Shown piece by piece: positions 12,714 to 25,056 of a stretch of DNA of 64,000 bases. This stretch comes from Octopus vulgaris (taxonomy: Eukaryota): assembly GCA_951406725.2 (NCBI GenBank), contig OX597825.1, positions 52,762,001-52,826,000 of the forward strand, given 5' to 3'. The notes under the pieces are model-generated. The model searched no databases. It was not told the origin of the DNA and worked only from the letters and a program-made list of their open reading frames with translations. The first letter of the stretch is position 1. Every line of letters starts with the position of its first letter. The position numbers and the translations under genes are program-made.

Positions 12714-14514
12714 TTTCCAACATAAATTGAAAAAAGATATTGATCATATAAAAAGCTCCAAGAAAAAGCACTTTTTTCGGATAAAACCAAGAACTTATAC
12801 CTGGTAGATAACAGCAAATACACACAACTCTTACACAACAGCATTACTAATAATTATACTAAGGCTAGGGCACAGACATATAACGAAATTAATAAAGAAG
12901 CTAGCGTCATCGCCGCTAAACTTAAATTAGATAAAAAAATAGAAACCCTCCCCCAAAATGAGGCCTTTATTACTATTAAAGATCACAAAGAAAACTTCCT
13001 TTCCAACCTAAATGTAGGCTTATCAACCCAGCCAAGTCAGAACTAGGGATTATTAGCAAAGAAATTTTAGATAAAATAAATACGAAAATTAAGACCGATA
13101 CTAGGCTGGTGCAATGGTCCAATAGTATAGAAGTCGTAGACTGGTTTAAAGCTATTAAGAATAAGAAAAAAGCGAGGTTTACACAATTCGATATTGTTGA
13201 TTTTTATGCCTCTATCTCTAAAGAACTGCTAGATAAAGCCCTAATCTTCGCTAGTGACTTCATAGAAATTAGTACCAATGATAAGGATATAATCTTCCAT
13301 GCTAGAAAGACATTACTTTTCAGTGAGAATGCAAAGTGGGTAAAAAACACCGACACGGAGGGCGCTTTCGATGTGAGCATGGGTTCATATGATGGGGCAG
13401 GCATTTGTGATCTAATTGGACTCTTTCTCCTAGATACCTTCGGTAAGACATTCCCTAACAGTACATTTCGCCATCTACAAAGATGATGCCCTCGCCTTAA
13501 CAGCTAATACAAATGGACCAGCACAAGATCGTTTTAGGAAGGATATTATCCAGTTAATGAAACACTTCGGACTTAGTATAACTATAGACACTAACCTGAC
13601 GGTTGTCAATTTCTTAGACGTTTCCTTAGATCTTAATAATAATATTTATAAGCCTTATAGGAAGCCCAATGATAGACTAAGTTATATTAATGTAGGTTCA
13701 TGCCATCCCCCTATAGTATTCAAAAATTTAGTTAAAAATATTAGTAAGAGGATTTCTAGCCTCTCATCTAATGAGGACATCTTCAATAGCGTTGCCCCAG
13801 TTTATAATAAAGCTTTAAAAGATAGTGGTTTAACGAAAAAATAAAATATACACATATCACCAGCCCAACAATAAGGAAAAGGAATAATAGAAATAGGAAG
13901 GTCATCTGGTTTACGCCCCTTACTCACCCGAGGTGGCCTTCAATATAGGTAAATATTTCCTAGCACTGATAGATAGACATTTTCCAGTTAACCATGCTTA
14001 TAGGAAACTCTTCAATAGACACAATTTAAAAATTAGTTTTAGTTCAACTACCAATGTTAAAAACATAATCAATCATAACATACAAAAAACACAAGAAGAA
14101 AACAGCTGTTCATGCAGGAATAAAGAATTGTGCCCGCTAAATGGAGCTTGCATGTCCAAGACCATCATATATGAAGCTACCGTAAACTCTATAACCACTA
14201 AAGACACCGTTTCGACGAAGAAATACGTGGGCCTGACAGAGGGTAATTTCAAGGCCAGGTTCAATAACCACACTTTGAGCTTTAGGCACTGGAACAAAAG
14301 AAAAGCGACACAATTATCCAATCATATTTGGTCTTTAAGAGATAAAGGTGTCGATTATAACATACAATGGAAGATTTTGGCCAGATGTAAGCCCTACACT
14401 AACGGCAGCGGAAGGTGCGGTTTATGCGACATGGAGAGATGGCTATCTGGAAATACAAGGACAGAGCTTTTCGGATCATGCCCACATGTGACTAAATTTC
14501 TGTTACGTTTTTGA
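12664..14514 (+). pseudogene. Inverted PLE polyprotein copy with frameshifts and an ~30-bp deletion
   Basis: ORF pieces 13109-13486, 13557-13844 and 13933-14514 nearly identical to the left arm; retains native-looking DLLKIMSKIKFRK. Confidence 0.88.
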
Positions 14515-14728
14515 TCCCCTAAAGAAAACGGATAGAACATGCTTTCTGTGTTATGTCCCAAGAAGATTTTATATATTTTTATATATTTTTATATATTTTT
14601 ATGTATTTTTATATAATTTTTATGACGAAAAATGCGAGCGATGTATAAGTACGCAGGCAAAGCAGAGTTATAACAGAGTAATTTCCTTCATTTTTAACGG
14701 TATTTTTTCATAACGTTTTCAAATAGCC

Positions 14729-14791
14729 AGATAACCGAAGAGATGGTGTTGTGGATTTCCACTTCGGCATCTGAAACTCAGAGTTTTATCT
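14729..14791 (+). ncRNA. Hammerhead ribozyme variant (CCGAAGA core) in PLE pseudo-LTR
   Basis: agataa CCGAAGA gatg..catct GAAAC tcaga GTT ttatct. Confidence 0.65.
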
Positions 14792-14847
14792 TGACTACCG
14801 AGTAATGTAACATATTGTATAGATATATATATAGATATAGATATATA

Positions 14848-14915
14848 TGGCAGTGCCCCAGCATGGCCACAGCTCATGAGCTGAAACTAGATAAAATAAA
14901 AATAAAATAAATAAA
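14848..14915 (+). mobile_element. SINE 3' tail fragment
   Basis: ggcagtgccccagcatggccacagc..tgaaac plus A-rich tail, like the end of the 26740 family. Confidence 0.55.
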
Positions 14916-15146
14916 TATATTGCGGTACAACAATGCTCCAATATTTAGTGGAAATAGCAGCTGATAATATATGATGCTGTGTATATACTGGCAAGGAGTT
15001 CAAAACCTAGGTTCTAGATTATCCACATCTGGGTTGTACATTTTTCTAATGTTTTTCCTACAGATGAGATGACATTTTTTATCTTTGCCAGTATATACAC
15101 AGTGAAGCTTTACTATTGCATCGTATTTTAACAACTGCTATTTCCA

Positions 15147-15532
15147 CATATTAAGATGGCTAGTATACTTTACGTTGTCGAGCGCTTACTGTTTACATCT
15201 CGCTCAGAGATTTATTATTGCTTTCAGACCATTTTTCGAAATCAGTGACAGTGGTTACTGGAAAAACATTAAATAGATATTCATAAACAGGTCTCTCTTA
15301 TCGAAAACCCATGATTAGCGTGTGTTGACAAGAGACAATAATCTCGAAACTGCAGTCCATGCGTATCACTTAGGTTTTTGAGAGGGGATGACCTCCCTTT
15401 GCGAATATCATTAAAGGGCACAGAATTGTGTCTAAAGCCAACTGGAGACGATGATCTCCTGGGGCTAAAAAGCTACAGTATCACACCCCACCCCTAGTGG
15501 TTAGCCATATTAAGATGGCTAGTATACTTTAC
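15147..15532 (+). mobile_element. Non-LTR retrozyme-like unit (359-bp monomer + 27-bp terminal repeat)
   Basis: Identical catattaagatggctagtatactttac at 15147-15173 and 15506-15532; internal HHR; no long ORF. Confidence 0.7.
15318..15364 (+). ncRNA. Minimal hammerhead ribozyme with U3-A8 core
   Basis: gcgtgtg TTGACAA gaga caataa tctc GAAAC tgca GTC catgcgt. Confidence 0.75.
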
Positions 15533-15684
15533 ATTGGTGCATTGTTGTACCACTATTCTATATTTATACTTTAACCTTGTGGTGTTTGTTTTACTGGACA
15601 GCAATTCTATTGCATTGCACTATTTAATTATTTTATATATATATATATTGGGGTCATGGGTATAATTCTTGTGGAGAAATGGGT

Positions 15685-16030
15685 TGACTGCCTGACTGGC
15701 CCTCATGCTGGTGGCACGTAAAAAGCACCATTCGAGCATGGTTGTTGCCAGTGTCACCCGACTGTCTTCCATGCCGATAGCATGTAAAAGGCACCATTCA
15801 AGTGTGGTTGATGCCAGTACTGCCTGACTGGCCCTCATGCTGGTGGCATGTAAAAAGCACCCACTACACTCTTGGAGTGATTGGCCTTAGGACGGTCATC
15901 CAGCTGTAGAAACTTTGCCAGATCAGACTGGAGCCTGGTGCAGCCTTCTGGCTTGCTAGCCCTAAGTCAAATGGTCCAACCCATGCCAGCATGGAAAGTG
16001 GACGTTAAATGATTATGATGATCATCATGA
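15685..16030 (+). mobile_element. RTE 3' UTR with tandem subrepeats
   Basis: Repeated ggtggcacgtaaaaagcacc units, the tail motif and (GAT)n. Confidence 0.75.
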
Positions 16031-16801
16031 TGTGTCTATTACATAATAATAATAATAGTAAAAACAACAACAACAACAACAACAATGAAAGTACAATAAA
16101 TCTGTTTCATATTCCCAGCACTATTTTGAATATTTTGTTTAATACTCTAGTCAAGGAAGCGGTAGAGTGCAGTGACCTTGGTATCTGGAGCACTTCCAGA
16201 CTGAAAGGAGAAGATGGATATAATGTTCAGGTTTAACATCTAGAGATCAATGTTTGCTAGAATATTTTGGGTGGGCAGGAAATTCCAGAAGATTGTAATT
16301 CTGAGGAGAGAAAAAATGGAGTCAAGGTAGAGATAAAGTCAGGAATATCTAATTGAAAAGGTCGCAGTTGGCTAGTTCAGAATAGAGTGTGTGTATGTGT
16401 GTGTGTGTGTGGTCAACTAGTTAATAGAATAGAGGTTATTTTAGTAGAAGTAGCATTGATGGTAGTATACACTTTGTTTAGAAGAGAGGCTATTGTAGTA
16501 GATGTATCATGATAGAAGAGAGTATAGACTTACCTAGTTCAGAAGAATATAGGCTATTGTGATAGCATTGTCAGAGAAGGCAAACAGAGACAAAAGCTGC
16601 ATGTTTATCTGCTAATGGTTGAAATGTGTTGCTGAATGAATTATCAGTGCCTACCAGTCAATCAGTAAACTGGTTGTTTGGTCCGAGATGTTGTAATAGT
16701 TCTATGTGAACGATACTTTAATATAAGTTTCACTGGTGTATTTTGTCACTAAAATATCTACAATGTCTACAAGTTGTAAAACACTGTTGAAGTTTATTTT
16801 A

Positions 16802-16881
16802 TCATTCTAATGTCCAGTGCAAGCTGTTTTGATATTTGTGATAGACCAATGTTGTTAATGTCAAGCTAATTAAAGCTGTAA
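16802..16881 (-). CDS. Candidate terminal exon (phase 1) xTALISLTLTTLVYHKYQNSLHWTLE*
   Basis: Strong acceptor ctttttcctcttttttctctgtcttttccag; hydrophobic peptide; no homology check possible. Confidence 0.4.
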
Positions 16882-19800
16882 CTGGAAAAGACAGAGAAAA
16901 AAGAGGAAAAAGCGATAAGAGAAATAAAAGAAAGAACAAAGAATCATATTTCATGATGAGTTATCAAAATATTTTACAAAGAATTATCTGAATATTTTTG
17001 CAACAAACTATTGGAACATTTTCAGAGAACTATCATAATAGTTTTACAAAAGCTGACTTCAAGGACAGTTGAAAATAAAGCATAAAAGAAGAGTAAATTT
17101 TAATAATGGCTCAACAGTCAAAGATAAACTAAACATAGTTTTATATTTAGAAATTCTCTCTGGCAGTAAGGAAGCTGTATTACTGAAAGGATTGAACACA
17201 TAACTCATGGCTTCAAAGTTCTACTTGTTTATAAGCAGCACTGCAGTACAACAAATGTTAGCTAACAGGTTTCAACCCTTTGTGCTGAAAATAGATGCCC
17301 CCACCCCCTAGTCAAAACTTGATGACCTTTGCAGCAATACCAAATGATCAGTAAAATTTAGAAATCAATGACTGTATGAGTAATGCATAAAGGCAGGCTA
17401 CAGTGGTTCAATTCAGGTCTGGGAGATTTCATTTTACCTTTTTTTTATATTATTATTATTATTTTGTATTCCAAACGTTCATTGAATCTGTTGAATAGAT
17501 TCTAGTCTGCTTGAAACGGTTGGTTGTAAGAGAAATAATCAAAGACTAAACTATTCACAGTTCCAAAGAGGAAGTATATTATCTCCTATTTTCTATAGAA
17601 ACAACCAGAGATTTTCAAGATTTAAAACCAACTAGAAGGAAATGCCATCATCATCATCATGACAGTCTACACTATTATCTTCATGATTCCAACCCAACCC
17701 CCACCACTACTACCACCATTATTATCACCATTATTTTCATGAAAGAGCTTATTCTGCTTGTTCAGCTAAATCTATAACCTTCATCATAGCATTGAACCAT
17801 TTCTACATCCGGTTCTTCTGACCATATTAGCTGCTATTCTAAGGAAACTTTTGTTTGAATTTTACACACCAACTCTGCCTCATTCACAACATGCTGCCAA
17901 TTGAAACAAGATTCTTACACCTTTGACGGATTTAGAAGACATAAATTTCAATAAAGTGTTGCATTCTTGCATTGCACACTGGTTAGATAAAATAGTACGA
18001 AAAACAACTTTGAAGACCATGTTCTGCAAATGTATTCTTCTTAACAGTATTTCTAACCAGAATCCATTCAACTCAATAAACAATAGTTTTTGGTTAAAAT
18101 TCTTTACACTACTTTAGCAAACCATCTGCTAAGCAATTTAACATATAAGAAAGGATATCACATAAAATCAGAGTTTGTGTCATATTCCATTAAAATTCTT
18201 CATTTGTCTAACTTGATCCAAAAAGGAAGCAGAATGCCATATAATGCAGGGAAATAAATTTCCTTTTATTCTAGATGTTTCACTGTGATAGCTACTTAGG
18301 GTTTGCAGGTTCTAGAAGAGCAAATGTTTGTAAGTGCCTTTGGAACAAACATTTTTATAGCTTTTCAAAACAGCCAAATATTCCTACTAGAGGATTCTTA
18401 TTCTAGAGAGAGTTAATAGCAGCATACACAGTAGTCTAGTGATGTTTTCTAATAGAATTAGCTAAATTGTCAAGATTTGATGCGAAACTTCAAAAGTATT
18501 AAATACACACACATGCTATTAATTAGAGACATTACACAGCAATGATTGAAATATAAGTGTGTACAATTGTATTTAACACATTAGAGTGAAGTCGGTCATG
18601 AAATTAGCTTCATCTATGAGGAGACTTTCTTTCTAGAGACAGTTTCCAGTGTGTTTTGCATACATATTGTCTATAAAGAGAATTTCTGTCCTATTGAAGT
18701 GTGCACGAACATGGTAAATAAAATTATACACACATATATCAACATATATTTCACCAACATGCACACACATTTGACAATACTGCAGAGATTAGCTTATCAT
18801 GTGAAATATTCAGTTGTTGCTGAATATCTGTTTGATGACCTACAAGAACCGTACTTCTTTCTCTTTCTTCCCAAACCAGGATCTAGCTTATACAGTTAAG
18901 GAGCCTTGAAAAGCTCTTTATATTCTTAAAAATATGCTCCAATATCTGGCTGGCCCATTCAGAAGCCAACAACAGAAATGCTAAAGTCACAACCACGTTA
19001 GAAATACTAGCCAATCTCTTTCTCAAATCAGATCCCTACATCTTATAAACATAGCACTTGCATCATATAGTTTGTAAAAAGGCAGGATAGTCAAATATGA
19101 ACTGCTTTTGTTCATAGATACATTCAACCAGTACTTATTTAGTACTAAATAATCAAAGCTATGATGTGATACAAGAGCTAAGATAAATAATTCAGAGCAA
19201 CTAGCGGCATTTATCTAGACAAAGACAAATAAAGGTTTCTTAGAGGGAATCTTAGTTGACTGAAATTTTCCTCACATGTAGACAAATTAGAACAATGACT
19301 TTGTAGCAACTGGGACCAACCACATGAGAAGGGGAGACAATCAGAATAATGAAGAATTTTCAGAAATGACATGTCATTAAAGAAGTAGAGTTATTGTCTA
19401 GAAACAAGAGGACAGCTGTGGACATGTGTTTCTATATCAAAAGGCATCATCATCATTTCAGCTGTCCTGCATTATCTCCAGCAGAGAAGACAGTTATGTA
19501 CAAAATCAAAAAATTAGATTGTACCTGATTAGTGTTATAAACAGTACATACAAATGAAAATTTCCTTACAGCCAAGTGGACTGAGCCACTGGGACAACAA
19601 GGTATAAATCTTGTTATCAGTTCAGTCCTGGATAAATATGAGCTGATACTTCTATATAGAATGATCTGGTATTCATTTAGCAATAACAGACAAAAAGAAC
19701 ATTACAGAATTCATTGTTGTAGGGGTGTTATAAACAAAATTCACTGGAATATTCCAGAGCTAAAAATAGTCTTGTTTTGTCCAGAAATACAGACTGAATA

Positions 19801-20756
19801 ATAATGTTCTGTTACTGATTTCAGTCACTGGACTTTGGTCATCCTGAGACACAAGTTTTGTTTGGACTCTGATACATTTTTTCAGTCTGCTTCCTATCTG
19901 ATAGATTATTAATTACCAAATTGCTGAATTATGCTTGTTGACGACACTGATAAACATTAAAACCAACACATACATGCAATACATACACACATACATTACA
20001 TACAACCATCACATATATACATTACACACACACACACACCATTTTTATAATTATTTTTCCATATTACATGGTGTCAGAAAAGAATATATTGGGTCAAGAT
20101 GTTTTTGCAGGTGAACTCCCTTCTTGTCACCAACCCCACAGCCTATTTCCTGGTGAATTGATAATTTTCTAGTCTCTGAACAACAGACAGCCTGAACATG
20201 TTTACTTGCAGAATTGGAAGCAAACAATACTGCAACAAGTCTTTTGGTTACAAAGATCATGTGAAAACATGTTAAGGCATCCAGATGTGCTTTTCACAAT
20301 GGATTGCAAGCAAAATGAAGTAAGCAACCTTGAATGTGTTCATTAACAATATGACCCTCCCAAATGTTTAATGTTATCATGTTTATTATGAGATTTTTAA
20401 TAAAAATTCTTGCAAAACAAATTCAAATGAATGAATAGCAGACAAACCTCTGCAGTTTCTACCTGAGAAATTCCTGTCAAAATGCTCTGATCAAGCAAGG
20501 CTACAGCAGATGGCAATTGCCTGAGATGCCATACAGTGGAATGAAACCTGGAACTGTGTGATTATAAAGTGACTTCTTCATCCCACATTTATACTTGCAC
20601 TTATGATAGTAACTTTGTCATAAGTTATTAATTTAAGGTAATTTGATATTACATAGATTAGTTAAACAATGACTTGGTATGGTATCATATCAGTTGTTGC
20701 ATGGTGTAGCATAGGAATATCTTCAAGCAATATCCCATATCACAATAGTGCCCCAC

Positions 20757-20790
20757 CTGTCTGTCTCTCCACATTATCAAATCAGCAGGG
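20757..20790 (-). CDS. Candidate short exon (phase-1 reading ALLI*)
   Basis: Acceptor ttcttctctttcag and donor CAG|gtgggg. Confidence 0.2.
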
Positions 20791-21034
20791 CTGAAAGAGA
20801 AGAACTGTCTAGGCATACAGATGCTTTTTGCTTCATACAGATATACAGATACATTTAGGCAAGCACACACATATACACACTATATATATTCATATATAAT
20901 CCGAGAAAAACAATATATTCAATTAGATGTGTAACTCAAACACTCATATATCAAATGATTGAATAACAAGTCTATATCTATAATCAATTGTATGACTACA
21001 TTTTATAAATAAAACATACATACACACACATATA

Positions 21035-21092
<58 letters not shown>

Positions 21093-21169
21093 TATATGTA
21101 TATATGTGTATGTGTGTATATGTATGTGTATATATATACATATGTATATGCATATATACATATGTATGC

Positions 21170-21216
<47 letters not shown>

Positions 21217-22016
21217 TGTATGTGTGCACATATATGTGTCTGTGTCTGTGTGTATATATGCATCTATGTTTAAACAAATTGAGTATCATCAAGGATCTTG
21301 ATAATAATTCACCAGAAAGAAATTAAACGTAGAGTCATTTCTACACTATCTGCACAAATGAAGTAAATATATTTCCTCCTATTTCATAATAAATATTCCA
21401 CTGTATGGGAAAGCTAACTAAAGAAAAACAAAGCATGAAACCAATAAAAAATACTATTGTATTACCATCTTGACAAGATTAGTCTACTTTTATATTTTAT
21501 CACCCAATTATTTTAGTCCCACTGTCGACTGCTGGCTGCCAGGGGAAATGATCTTACATGAGAGAAAGTGAAAGAGAGAAACATATAGACAACGTTTGGT
21601 CAACACCCTCATTCGCCACTATACGTTATAGTGACTGCAACAATACAGAAACTATATGAGATAGGTGATATATATATATAATTGATATCAAAGTCTACTA
21701 CACACACATACACCCACAGAAGCACTCATGTACATTTAATGTATGGGTGCATATGTATATGATAGTTTATATGTACAACAATAAGAAGTAAATGCTTGTG
21801 TAACATCTAAGATTGTACACACAATGATAGTGTGTAAACACAAGTGTCCAAAAGTATATATAAAATTAAAACAAGGAATTAATATGGAATAAAATGATGA
21901 GTTTGATCTGAGGATGTTGTCCTTCATAAATGGGATTTTACAGGATCAAATAAAGTATTACAGATTAGCCAAGCCATGTCAGCCTTGGGAATAACCAACA
22001 TCACAATTATGATAAT

Positions 22017-22230
22017 GGTTTCAAATTTTGACATTAGCCCAGCAATTTCGGGAAAGGGGTTAAGTCAGTTACATTGACCCCAGTGTTCAACTGGTACTTA
22101 TTTTATCAGCCCTGAAAAGATGAATTGTAAAGTAGACTCTGGTGGCATTTGAACTCAGAACATATAGATTGATGAAATGTTATTAAAGATTTTGCCTGAT
22201 GTGCTAACAATACTGCCAGCTCACTACCTT
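22017..22230 (-). mobile_element. tRNA-derived SINE (Nin/Inv-domain type)
   Basis: Reverse complement carries gagctggcag head, gttcaaat B-box and gataaaataagtaccag domain. Confidence 0.75.
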
Positions 22231-22589
22231 CATCACAATTATAATAATACTTATGGTGTGTGTGTGTGTATGTGTGTGTGGGGGGGATGTGTGTGAGTTT
22301 GTATGTATGTATGTGACAGACCAAGACTATTGGATGCAAATGATCTAATAGACCTCAACTATAACTACAGGAAACCAGTCAATCACCTGATCACCTGTCA
22401 ATCTGATGCCCAACAAGCCCGATTAACATTCTCACCAGAAACCAGAAAGCCTGATAGACAGATACTCATAATTGCAATGTCCTTCCGAAGTGAACTACGA
22501 ACTCCCTAACATAGGTTATTCATTAGTGTCTTCAGATTTAGAGCTAGGAGAGCTCTGAGAAGCAAAGTAGTTTGGAAAAAGAAAACACG

Positions 22590-24120
22590 GAAGCTTAAGG
22601 ATCCATGGAATAGTTATAGATTTACAGAAGTCCTAAATGAAACACTTGATGAGAAAGAGAAGACAGGACAACTGAAAGTTCTTACAAGACATTCGGCTAG
22701 GAGAGAACTATACCAGGTTGCTCGAAGAGAATTTAAGCAGCTGATATATTTAGAAAGGGGAGACATAGGAAAAGTGTTTGCCAATTTCCTCGGTGTGAGG
22801 ACCAGAGGCATGAAGCTTACAGAATTGCACGACAGTATTTCAGGAAAAATTATGAGTAGGAGAGAAATGTGTATAGATAGATGATAGTACACAAGCACTT
22901 AGTAATTCTGAAAAGAAAGAGACATGCAAGTCCTATTATGAAAAGTTACTAGACATGGAAAATGCATGAGAGAATAAGAGTCTTCCCAATGAGAACCCAA
23001 TAAAGGGATCATGTTTTCCACTCAACAGCAATAGGATAGATAAAGCAATCAAAGCCACTGATCCTTCAAAAATTACCTCCAAGATGCTTAAAAGACCTGG
23101 TCGGGTGAATACACAGCCTAGTCATGCATATAATTTATCAGGTTGTACTAGAAGGTGTATCCAACAACTAGTTTAGCAGCATTATAGTTAACTGTTTCTG
23201 AAGTAATTATAGGTTTATCAAATTTGCCAGACCCAGTCATGAAAGTTACAGAAAGGGCTATTGCGCAACTATTTAAGAAGTAAGCTTAGATGAGATTCAG
23301 TTTGGTTTCATGCTAGGGAGAAGTGGTATTGATTCTATCTTCCTAGTAAAGCAACTTCAGGAGAAGCATTTAGCCAAAAATAATCTGCTATACTTTGCAT
23401 TGACATGGAGAAAGCCTTTGAAACGGTCTCTCATTCCCTCATGTAGAACTTGCTGTAGAAGATAAGGCTAAAAGAATGGCTGGTGTGAACTGTCTCCCCA
23501 AGCCATTTACTTGGGTGCTGTCAAAGGTAAGAATCAGCAATGAGTATAACAATGAATTTAATGTGAAGATAAGAGATCACCAGGGCTTGATTCTCAGACC
23601 TCCCTTATTTATCATAATATCCATAACAGAGGAATTTAAGATTGGTTGCCTGTGGGAGCTTCTCTATACTGAATACTATTTTTATAACAGAATCTAAAGT
23701 AGAATTAGCAAAGAAATTCTAGGTGTGGAGCAAAAAATGGAATCAAAGGGTGTTAGAGTTAACTTAGCAAAGACCAAAGTCCTAGGCAGGAAAATAGACT
23801 AATTATAAATTCCTTTAAGGAAAGGATCCTGATTGGTCTGTAGAAAAGGTGTAGATAGAAAATCTATACGGTGTATCCAGTGCAAGCTATGATCACATGA
23901 GATGTTCAGTGGTATCACAGCAAGGTTAACAGAGAAGATAGTTTGAATAAACACTAAAAATACACAGGAAACAGATTTCCTCAAATACCCAGAAGGATCC
24001 TTTGAGATAGTAGATAATTTCTGTTATCTAGGTGAGCTACTTAGCAGTGGGAGGATGCTCTGAAAGTGTAGCCACCAAAACAAGAAGCTGCTGGAGAAAG
24101 TTCAGAGCAATTACCTTCCT
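22590..24120 (+). pseudogene. RTE-clade LINE RT fragment, degenerate
   Basis: FGFMLGRSGIDSIFLVKQLQEKHLAK, MEKAFE, HQGLILRP, LRVNLAKTKV, FCYLG. Confidence 0.8.
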
Positions 24121-24399
24121 GACACACTCCTTGATCTCCAACAGATAATCACATTTAACTCTACCCCCATCTAGATTCACCACTCACTGCATCTCCTGCT
24201 GTCTCTCTGCCACTTGCTTCTCACCTTCCAACAAACTTACCTACCTATAGCACCTCTCTTTATTTGCTTTCTTGTAACAGGAGGATGTGTTTGATACATT
24301 TTCACCATCATTCTGTTTTTCTTCCAAGAGGAGTAACTGTGTATCACCCTAACAGCATGACATCTGGGGGGGGGGATACTTCTCATGTGAGTTACTTGG

Positions 24400-24592
24400 T
24401 AATCTCACTAGAGCCTACACCATGTAAAAATGTATCTTGTACACTCGGTGAGCTACTTGGCATTAGAAAGAGCATCCATTTGTAGAAGCCATGCCAAAGC
24501 TGACACTTGAAGCTTGACATGGTTCTCTGGTTTGCCAGCTCTTATCAAACTATCCAACCCATACCAACATGGGAAAACAGATGGTAAATGAT
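24400..24592 (+). mobile_element. Diverged RTE 3' UTR copy
   Basis: ttagaaagagcatccatttgtagaagcc..ccaacccataccaacatgg. Confidence 0.55.
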
Positions 24593-25012
24593 CTCACACA
24601 CACACAAACACAATCTGACATGTCTTAAGTTCAACTGCACATGTTCTCTTTTGTCTCTGGGTACCATATCCTTGTCATATATTTGATGAAGTGGAGGAAA
24701 ACAAAAAGGAAAAAAGGAAAATGATAGCCATTCACCCATTGATGGATAGTTGTGCTGGATCATGACATGCTATGTAATTGCCTGTTTATTGGATGTAGAA
24801 GAAAACAAAATTGTATCAAAGTGGTTGCAGCAGAAATAATAGTGAGAAGGTGGGTGAGAATGTGTAAGTGAATGAGGGATAGCATGTGCGCATGTGCCCA
24901 AGCGTGTATGTGTATGAGAGAGATGAGGAAGTAAGAGAAGAGGGAAAAAAGGAGACAAGAATCTATTTTATATGAATTTTTTTTTCTCTTTTTGTCCGTT
25001 TTCCTCTCTTTG

Positions 25013-25056
25013 CTATTTTGTTTTCGTTTCATAAAGCTCGCTAAAGAGCTGCACTT
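25013..25056 (-). CDS. Candidate terminal exon (phase 1) EVQLFSELYETKTK*
   Basis: Acceptor tttgtttattatcttgcag after a long U-rich, AG-poor tract; CACTAAC at 25288-25294. Confidence 0.3.

Larger units (their letters stand above)
10440..14825. mobile_element. Naiad-type Penelope-like element as a head-to-head fold-back (arms 10509-12668 and 12700-14825)
   Basis: ~2.15-kb inverted repeat with a 31-bp spacer; both arms encode RT and GIY-YIG; (TA)n-rich flanks on both sides. Confidence 0.92.
14925..15551. mobile_element. MITE-like inverted-repeat element interrupted in its right arm
   Basis: ggtacaacaatgctccaat..tggaaatagcag..tgtgtatatactggcaa mirrored at 15085-15146 and 15533-15551. Confidence 0.65.

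Noticed and set aside
14620-14650. Possible SECIS (ATGA..GA) after the Naiad ORF, since some Naiads encode selenoproteins
   Set aside because: Too short for helix II, and the intact arm has no in-frame TGA; the TGA at 14512 is TGG in the other arm
19570-19605. 30-nt plus-strand exon-like segment (ccttacag..gtataa)
   Set aside because: Splice signals can be read on either strand; no independent support
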